From a virus: a stretch of DNA of 64,000 nucleotides. The DNA is taken from IMG/VR virus record IMGVR_UViG_3300006790_000001, positions 1 through 64,000 of that record; one strand, 5' to 3'. Shown piece by piece: positions 58,638 through 64,000 of the stretch. Position 1 is the stretch's first letter; the number at the start of each line of letters is the position of its first letter. A model generated the notes under the pieces. That model was not told the DNA's origin and ran no database searches. It saw only the letters and a list, made by a program, of their open reading frames with translations. A program made the translations under genes and the position numbers.

Positions 58638-58955
58638 ATGTCTGACCATCGTCCCGGGTATGAGCGAATTGGAAACAGTTGGCGGCGTGTCAGTGACACG
58701 GCGATGGCTGATGTTGCTCGTCGCAATGATGCTGAGTTCCGGGCTGAGGCTGGCAGTGACGAAGCGTTCATTGCGACTCATGTTCCTTCGGTTGAGGAAG
58801 CCGTGTCTGGGCCTGAGCCTGTGGACATCGACAAGATGACGAAGCAGGAGCTTGTTGACTTTGCTTCTGAGCATGAGATCGATGTCGATGAGGGTTCCAA
58901 GAAAGACGACATCCGTGATCACATTCATGCCGTGATGGATACGGCGGGCGAGTGA
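58638..58955 (+). CDS. hypothetical protein with a Rho-N/SAP-like helix-extended-helix motif
   Basis: KMTKQELVDFASEHEIDVDEGSKKDDIRDHI resembles the Rho_N/SAP motif that is often seen in phage head-module proteins. Confidence 0.45.
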   Translation: MSDHRPGYERIGNSWRRVSDTAMADVARRNDAEFRAEAGSDEAFIATHVPSVEEAVSGPEPVDIDKMTKQELVDFASEHEIDVDEGSKKDDIRDHIHAVMDTAGE

Positions 58956-59272
58956 TGCCGAAAGTGATGACTGTTGTGGCTTCTTTGTCGACTTCTTTGG
59001 GGGATGCGAATCTGCCTTTCGAAGTTGAAGAAGGGACTGCTGAGTGGGACGACGCTATGGACATGATTAAGCGTGGCCTTGCTAGAACGATGTTGGTCAC
59101 TGAAGTGGACGTGATGCGTGCCGGGGCCGAGCGTCCGCTGATCGAAGTCCTTGAAGGGCTTGCGGAGCCGCTCACCTTTGATATTTCCGCTGCTGTTTCT
59201 GAAGATCGTGAAGAAGATTCGATGGACCCCGAAAGTATCGGGACCTACGACTATGAGGAAGGAGGGGAGTAG
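58952..59272 (+). CDS. acidic hypothetical protein (106 aa)
   Basis: Track ORF, ATGA-coupled to the upstream gene. Confidence 0.45.
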   Translation: MMPKVMTVVASLSTSLGDANLPFEVEEGTAEWDDAMDMIKRGLARTMLVTEVDVMRAGAERPLIEVLEGLAEPLTFDISAAVSEDREEDSMDPESIGTYDYEEGGE

Positions 59273-59274
59273 CC

Positions 59275-60417
59275 ATGGCACTTCCCGAAGTGATTACTCA
59301 GTGCTTCTCGCCTCTTGATGTTTGCGGCGCTCAGCTGAACCGGCTGGGCTGCAACGGCGAGATCTTGCAGGGCACCGATGACGTCAAGATCGCTTGCGAT
59401 CTTCTCGATATCTCCCTGACCCCGAACACTACGCCATCTCGGTCGGACGTTGCCCGCAACGGCGGCCAGGTCAAGGTGGCTGAGCGTGTGCTGCCTAGCG
59501 TCACCGAGGACTACTCGTTGACGATGAACTTGTCGCCCAGGATCGACGTCGGTCTGCTGGAGCTGATGGGCACCCATGAGGCGATTGTCGATGACCTTGG
59601 GGTCTACGACTGGCAGTCTCCTGGCAGCCGGATCGGTATCAAGCCTTACGCTGCAGGCGAGCAGGGCTGCGCATGCACCAATACGCAGACTTGCGATAAC
59701 GGCGTTTCGCTGCTGGTCTGGTTCAACAACACGGCTCTGCCGACCAATGAGAAGGCACCGTACGTGGTGTTTGCTTTCCCGATGGTGAAGTTCGCTCCGA
59801 ACGGATCGTGGGACATCAGCGATACGTACAGCAACCGTCAGTACATCGGGACACCGGAGACGAACGCTCACTGGATCGACCCGACGGTTTACGACGATCA
59901 GGCTCTGGTCGCTGCTCGGGGTCCTGGTTTCATCTTCCCCGAGTCGATCGGTCTTGATGTTCCGTGGGCAGCTTGGGTTACTGCGACCCCGGCTCCGGGT
60001 GGTTGCGACTGCACCAGCTGCAACTACGAGTACACCTCGTCGGCTGCTCTTGGTGGGGTTGTTGATACCGAGGAGATCGGTATCGCTGTCACTCCGTCGA
60101 CGACCTTCACGGGCGGCGGCGGCGAGGCTCAGCCTGCTGACACGATCGATTTCGACTACTCGATCAGCAATCCGTCCTCTACTGATGGGCTCACCTCGAT
60201 CCTGGTCAATGATGCCGTTGCTGGTGTCACTGACTTGGCCGTTGCTGACATCGCTGGTGGCGCTGGCCCCACGTCGACTGGTGCGCAGACCTACTCGGTC
60301 ACGGCGGCTGATGTTGCTCGTGGATTCGTGACCACCTTTGCGGTGGTGACGGCTCTCAATGTGAACGGTCGAGAGGTCAGCAACAGTGTTGTGACTACTG
60401 TGGACCTGACCCCCTGA
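59275..60417 (+). CDS. structural protein with a C-terminal Ig-like/DUF11-like domain
   Basis: 380 aa. The C-terminal ~110 aa (..TPSTTFTGGGGEAQPADTIDFDYSISNPS...YSVTAADVARGFV..TVDLTP) look like a bacterial Ig-like domain. Confidence 0.5.
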   Translation: MALPEVITQCFSPLDVCGAQLNRLGCNGEILQGTDDVKIACDLLDISLTPNTTPSRSDVARNGGQVKVAERVLPSVTEDYSLTMNLSPRIDVGLLELMGTHEAIVDDLGVYDWQSPGSRIGIKPYAAGEQGCACTNTQTCDNGVSLLVWFNNTALPTNEKAPYVVFAFPMVKFAPNGSWDISDTYSNRQYIGTPETNAHWIDPTVYDDQALVAARGPGFIFPESIGLDVPWAAWVTATPAPGGCDCTSCNYEYTSSAALGGVVDTEEIGIAVTPSTTFTGGGGEAQPADTIDFDYSISNPSSTDGLTSILVNDAVAGVTDLAVADIAGGAGPTSTGAQTYSVTAADVARGFVTTFAVVTALNVNGREVSNSVVTTVDLTP

Positions 60418-60430
60418 TTAAGGAGCGCCG

Positions 60431-61264
60431 ATGGGTAGCTGGGCCACGCTCGCTGACCTATTTGATTGCTGCCCATCTGGCGACTTTCAGAAGCAAACAG
60501 GGATCACGCTGCCCAGCAACTGGGACGGCGTGGTCCCTGCGCCTTCTGGCGGCGCTCACGAGGCTTGGTGGACGTCTCTGAACACTGCGCAGCAGAACTC
60601 GCTTCTGGCTGCTCAGGACGTTCTGGACGCCGCTCAGCAGTGGCTGCACCAGAAGACGTGTCACAAGTGGCCTGGGATCACGACTAGAACGATCTGGTTG
60701 GATCCTGAGTGCAGGTATGACCCGATTGATCTGAGTCTTGAGCTTGGTCGGGTCGAGTCAATTGTTCAGGTCGTTGAGTATGTCGAGCCTGTTGTTTCGG
60801 GGACCACTGGCACGGTCAGTGTGGTGGACTCGGATACGTACCGGCTTGAGGATCATGCTGTTCTGGTTCGTCAGGCGACTGACAGTAAGCCGGATCCTTG
60901 GCCGGAACAGGACGGCGATTTGCCGTTGGGTTATCCGGGGACTTGGAACGTTCAGTTGCAACTTGGGGAGATGCCGGGGAAGCTGCACACGTTGGCGGTC
61001 GCTCAGTTGGGTTGCGATCTTCTTAGCGTTTGTTTGCTGACGCCTTCGGCGTGTGACACGTTGCCTGAAGGTGTCACGTCGATGAACCGTAATGGGGTTA
61101 CGTTGACGGTGCGTTCGATGCTTGAGGCGCTTCAGGCTGGCGGAACCAATAATGAGTTCACTGATATGTTCTTGAACGCTTATGGCTGTGATCGTGGTGA
61201 CTATGCCGGGATGAGAGATCCGGCTGATGTGTCTCCGTTTATAGCTGTAGGCGATGCTGAATGA
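60431..61264 (+). CDS. hypothetical structural protein (277 aa)
   Basis: Track ORF in the structural run. Confidence 0.5.
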   Translation: MGSWATLADLFDCCPSGDFQKQTGITLPSNWDGVVPAPSGGAHEAWWTSLNTAQQNSLLAAQDVLDAAQQWLHQKTCHKWPGITTRTIWLDPECRYDPIDLSLELGRVESIVQVVEYVEPVVSGTTGTVSVVDSDTYRLEDHAVLVRQATDSKPDPWPEQDGDLPLGYPGTWNVQLQLGEMPGKLHTLAVAQLGCDLLSVCLLTPSACDTLPEGVTSMNRNGVTLTVRSMLEALQAGGTNNEFTDMFLNAYGCDRGDYAGMRDPADVSPFIAVGDAE

Positions 61265-61275
61265 GAGGGAAGTAA

Positions 61276-61665
61276 ATGGCATCTCCAAATTGGTCGGACC
61301 TTGTGTTTGACGGGGCTCTTGATGTGATTGCCGACAATTGCACTCGTGTCGATATTTGTGGCACTGAGCCGACGACTTATGCTGAGGCGACGAGCACTTA
61401 TACGCTTGCGAATTACACGTTGACTGCGGGCGATGGTCTTGGAGATTGGGTTATCGCTAATGGCGATACTTCTGGCCGTAAGTTGACCATGAATCAGCAG
61501 ACCGGGAACACGGCGACTGGTACTGGTAATGGCAACTTTCTTGCGTTTACTGATGGGTCTTCCGTGCTGTACGGAGTCATTGATGGCGATGGCGGTTCTG
61601 TTGCTGTGGGTGTGGCTGTAGATATTTCTGCAGTTGATGTTCTTGAGATTCGAGATCCGAGCTGA
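61276..61665 (+). CDS. hypothetical structural protein (129 aa)
   Basis: Track ORF in the structural run. Confidence 0.5.
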   Translation: MASPNWSDLVFDGALDVIADNCTRVDICGTEPTTYAEATSTYTLANYTLTAGDGLGDWVIANGDTSGRKLTMNQQTGNTATGTGNGNFLAFTDGSSVLYGVIDGDGGSVAVGVAVDISAVDVLEIRDPS

Positions 61666-61710
61666 TCCGAGCGCCTATCATCTCTGCATTGATGATCTGA
61701 GGAGTTAGAA

Positions 61711-63621
61711 ATGGCAATCGTCGACGCTGACTGGTCATTCGACAACGCAACCGGAAACATTCGGTATATCGGGGACGACCACAACGGAGCCGCCCCGTCC
61801 TACGCCACGGTCATCGAGCTTCACCGCTGGCTTCAGGACCTCGCCGACGACGCAGTGTTCAGCGGCGACGACGAACTCGACATCACGGTCGTCAACCCGT
61901 CGTCTCGTTCGACCGACAACATCATCACCCTTATCGGGTCGGCGAACATCGACGACGCCAGCAGCGAGCACCTGTACGACGGGTCGATCATCCAGGCGTC
62001 CGGCGCGGAGATCTACGACGGCATCGTCAACTTTGGCAACCCGCAAGTACAGATTCAGGTCCACCAGGACGGCGCAGTGCTGGCCGACGACTGGTGGAAC
62101 AAGTCGATCGGCGGAACCCACGACGGCGCAGCCGACGCTTCGGTTCTGACCGACTCTGGTGAAGCTTGGACGACCGACCAGTTCGTCGACTACACGATTT
62201 ACAACGTGACGGACGGGTCGTCGGGCATCATCACCGCCAACACTGCGACCACTATCACGGCGACGCTCGCTGGTGGCACCGACGACGACTGGGACATCGG
62301 CGACGCCTACGTGATCGGCGTACCGCTGAACGCCGACGCCAACCAGGGCATCTCTCACCGGTTCATGCTGAAGGTCCGCACCGGCGGATCGGACACCGAC
62401 GGCCGTCGCCTCCTCGGCACCTCCCGTCGGTTCGGGAAGACCTACAGCGAGTTCTCGATCAACGGCACCTCGCGTGGCAACAACGTCCTCGCCCTGAACG
62501 ACGCCGACGACCTCAACAACGCAACCGCCGAAGCGACCGTCGCAGGTTGGACCACGATCGTCAACCAGACCGAGGGCTACGTCGGCCTCGACGTCGACGG
62601 CAACGGCTCCGACGAGTTCTACTACTCCGAGTGGGACCGGGCTGCGCTCTCGATCAACTCGCTCTACGAGCGCACGAAGTACCTGAGCCGCGACGGCTCG
62701 GCCTCGACCCTCTACGGGCTGAACGGCGAACTGTTCCGCGGCATCACCCACGAGATCGACGTCGACACACCGACCGGCACCTTCGCCGCAGTCGAAGCCG
62801 TCTCATGGACTGGCGGCACTGGCCAGCTCCTCGCCATCGACTCGACGACCGCCCCGACGAAGATGTGGATTCAGTTGCTCACCGGAACGGTGCCAGGCGA
62901 CGGAGTCACCATCACCGGCGCATCGACGGCGACCGCCGACGTCAACGTCACCGTCACGGCACGGACCCTGTCGACCCCGTTCATCGGCGCATCGACCGGG
63001 TCGGCGATCATCGGGTCCTACGGCTTGGGCATCCAGCCGACCGACCTGACCCAGAACGACCTTCTGTTCGACCTGACCAACACGTCGAACCAGCCGCCGA
63101 ACAACGTGACCTTCACGGTGGGCGGTCTCGTGTCGACCGAGGACCGGGTCCTCGTGTTCCCATGGGACGGCGTTTCGCTCGACGCCGAGAACAACCCCGC
63201 GATCGACGTCGACCAGCTTTCGCTGAACACGACACTGAGCGCAGCGGGCCAGACGTCGGTAGTCGTCACCACGACGATCCCGTCCGACACGCCATCGTCG
63301 GGCACGATCCGGGTGCAGTTGGACGACGGCCGGTACCGTCGAGTCCCGTACACCAGTTACACGGGCTCGACGTTCACGACGGCCTCGACCAACTGGAGCG
63401 ATCCCGACGACGCGACGGCGGGCAACAACGTGTGGATCTCCTACATCGACGAGACCGCTTCGGGCACTAGCGCCAGCTACACGGCGGTGTACTCGACCGA
63501 CCGCGACCTTGGCGTGCTTGTGCGTGACGGCGGCGGCACCCCGATCAAGCAGTACATCACGTCCGCAGTGTTCGGTTCCGCTGACTCGACGACGACAGCG
63601 ATCCGCACCACCGACGAATGA
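61711..63621 (+). CDS. large hypothetical structural protein (636 aa)
   Basis: Track ORF with Thr/Gly/Asp/Val-rich beta-type composition. Confidence 0.5.
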   Translation: MAIVDADWSFDNATGNIRYIGDDHNGAAPSYATVIELHRWLQDLADDAVFSGDDELDITVVNPSSRSTDNIITLIGSANIDDASSEHLYDGSIIQASGAEIYDGIVNFGNPQVQIQVHQDGAVLADDWWNKSIGGTHDGAADASVLTDSGEAWTTDQFVDYTIYNVTDGSSGIITANTATTITATLAGGTDDDWDIGDAYVIGVPLNADANQGISHRFMLKVRTGGSDTDGRRLLGTSRRFGKTYSEFSINGTSRGNNVLALNDADDLNNATAEATVAGWTTIVNQTEGYVGLDVDGNGSDEFYYSEWDRAALSINSLYERTKYLSRDGSASTLYGLNGELFRGITHEIDVDTPTGTFAAVEAVSWTGGTGQLLAIDSTTAPTKMWIQLLTGTVPGDGVTITGASTATADVNVTVTARTLSTPFIGASTGSAIIGSYGLGIQPTDLTQNDLLFDLTNTSNQPPNNVTFTVGGLVSTEDRVLVFPWDGVSLDAENNPAIDVDQLSLNTTLSAAGQTSVVVTTTIPSDTPSSGTIRVQLDDGRYRRVPYTSYTGSTFTTASTNWSDPDDATAGNNVWISYIDETASGTSASYTAVYSTDRDLGVLVRDGGGTPIKQYITSAVFGSADSTTTAIRTTDE

Positions 63622-63671
63622 TCGGGCCGCACGACACAAGGTTCTAGCTGCGAGCAGGAGGGCAGCATCGA

Positions 63672-64000
63672 ATGGCCGTCACTTCTCTGCTCACCAGTCT
63701 GGAAGATTTCGAGGCACCCGGCGCGACCTTCACCGGCATCAACTCGGGTCCCGGCGCATCCGACAACGGCGACATCTTCATCGAAGGCGCTCAGTCTGGT
63801 GGCCGTCGTGTAGACAATGCCACCGACAAAGGCTTCCTCGTGTCTGTGCCGAGCACGGACCTGTCGGGCGCTGGAGAGCACATCAAGCACTGGGTCTTCG
63901 TGACGCAGTGGCCTCAGGTCACAGCGCTCAACATCCGGTTCGGCTCCGGCACCGGCACAGCAGACACCGACGATCACTCGTTGCCGGTCGCCGAGTTCCC
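63672..64000 (+). CDS. hypothetical structural protein, 5' partial (runs off the window)
   Basis: ATG 63672. The frame stays open to the window end with high GC3 by hand translation (MAVTSLLTSLEDFEAPGATFTGINSGPGASDNGDIFIEGAQSGG...). It is absent from the track because no stop codon is reached. Confidence 0.5.
   Translation, partial: MAVTSLLTSLEDFEAPGATFTGINSGPGASDNGDIFIEGAQSGGRRVDNATDKGFLVSVPSTDLSGAGEHIKHWVFVTQWPQVTALNIRFGSGTGTADTDDHSLPVAEF

Noticed and set aside
1-64000. Lysogeny module (integrase, attP, CI-like repressor) or transposase/IS elements.
   Set aside because: No ORF showed tyrosine or serine recombinase, or DDE transposase, hallmarks. Only small HTH proteins are present. The phage may be lytic, or the module may lie outside the window.

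Overview
High-GC tailed-phage genome segment, actinobacteriophage-like and siphovirus-type, coded almost entirely on the + strand with many ATGA/GTGA start-stop overlaps. All calls come from reading the sequence and ORF translations by eye; no searches were run. Layout: 0-13.6 kb holds tail genes (tri-modular fiber, neck proteins, two chaperones, tape measure, two large minor tail proteins). 13.8-17.3 kb holds a metallophosphoesterase, a second fiber-like gene and a lysis cassette with an amidase_2/PGRP endolysin. 17.3-18.1 kb is a divergent control point. 18-27.6 kb is a replication/recombination module (SNF2 helicase, Cas4-like nuclease, Sak4-like ATPase, SSB-like protein, prim-pol/helicase, RuvC-like resolvase). 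28-35.8 kb holds about 25 small genes in four promoter/terminator cassettes, followed by two minus-strand genes. 36.9-64 kb is the packaging/head module: TerL, a ~3 kb island, portal, four huge coupled MuF/effector-type ORFs, protease, capsid and further structural genes running off the window. No rRNA, convincing tRNA, CRISPR array, integrase or transposase was seen. Most notable findings: (1) a 1.1-kb block (26.5-27.6 kb) that is ~88 % A+C on the coding strand yet keeps three intact ORFs, flipping within ~30 nt to a ~82 % G+T G-tract/iteron region. (2) Five intergenic promoters matching the actinobacterial SigR/SigH-type ECF consensus GGAAT-N18-GTT, most sharing a GCACC-N5-GGTG dyad that also sits in a canonical sigma-70-like promoter. 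(3) A ~0.9-kb ORF-free, hairpin-dense region between TerL and portal, downstream of one of these promoters (candidate large structured RNA). (4) A 9.2-kb chain of four ORFs carrying five copies of a Cys-containing ~32-aa module plus MuF, RelA/SpoT-like, ADP-ribosyltransferase-like, ParB-like and HExxH domains (candidate capsid-delivered effector arsenal).
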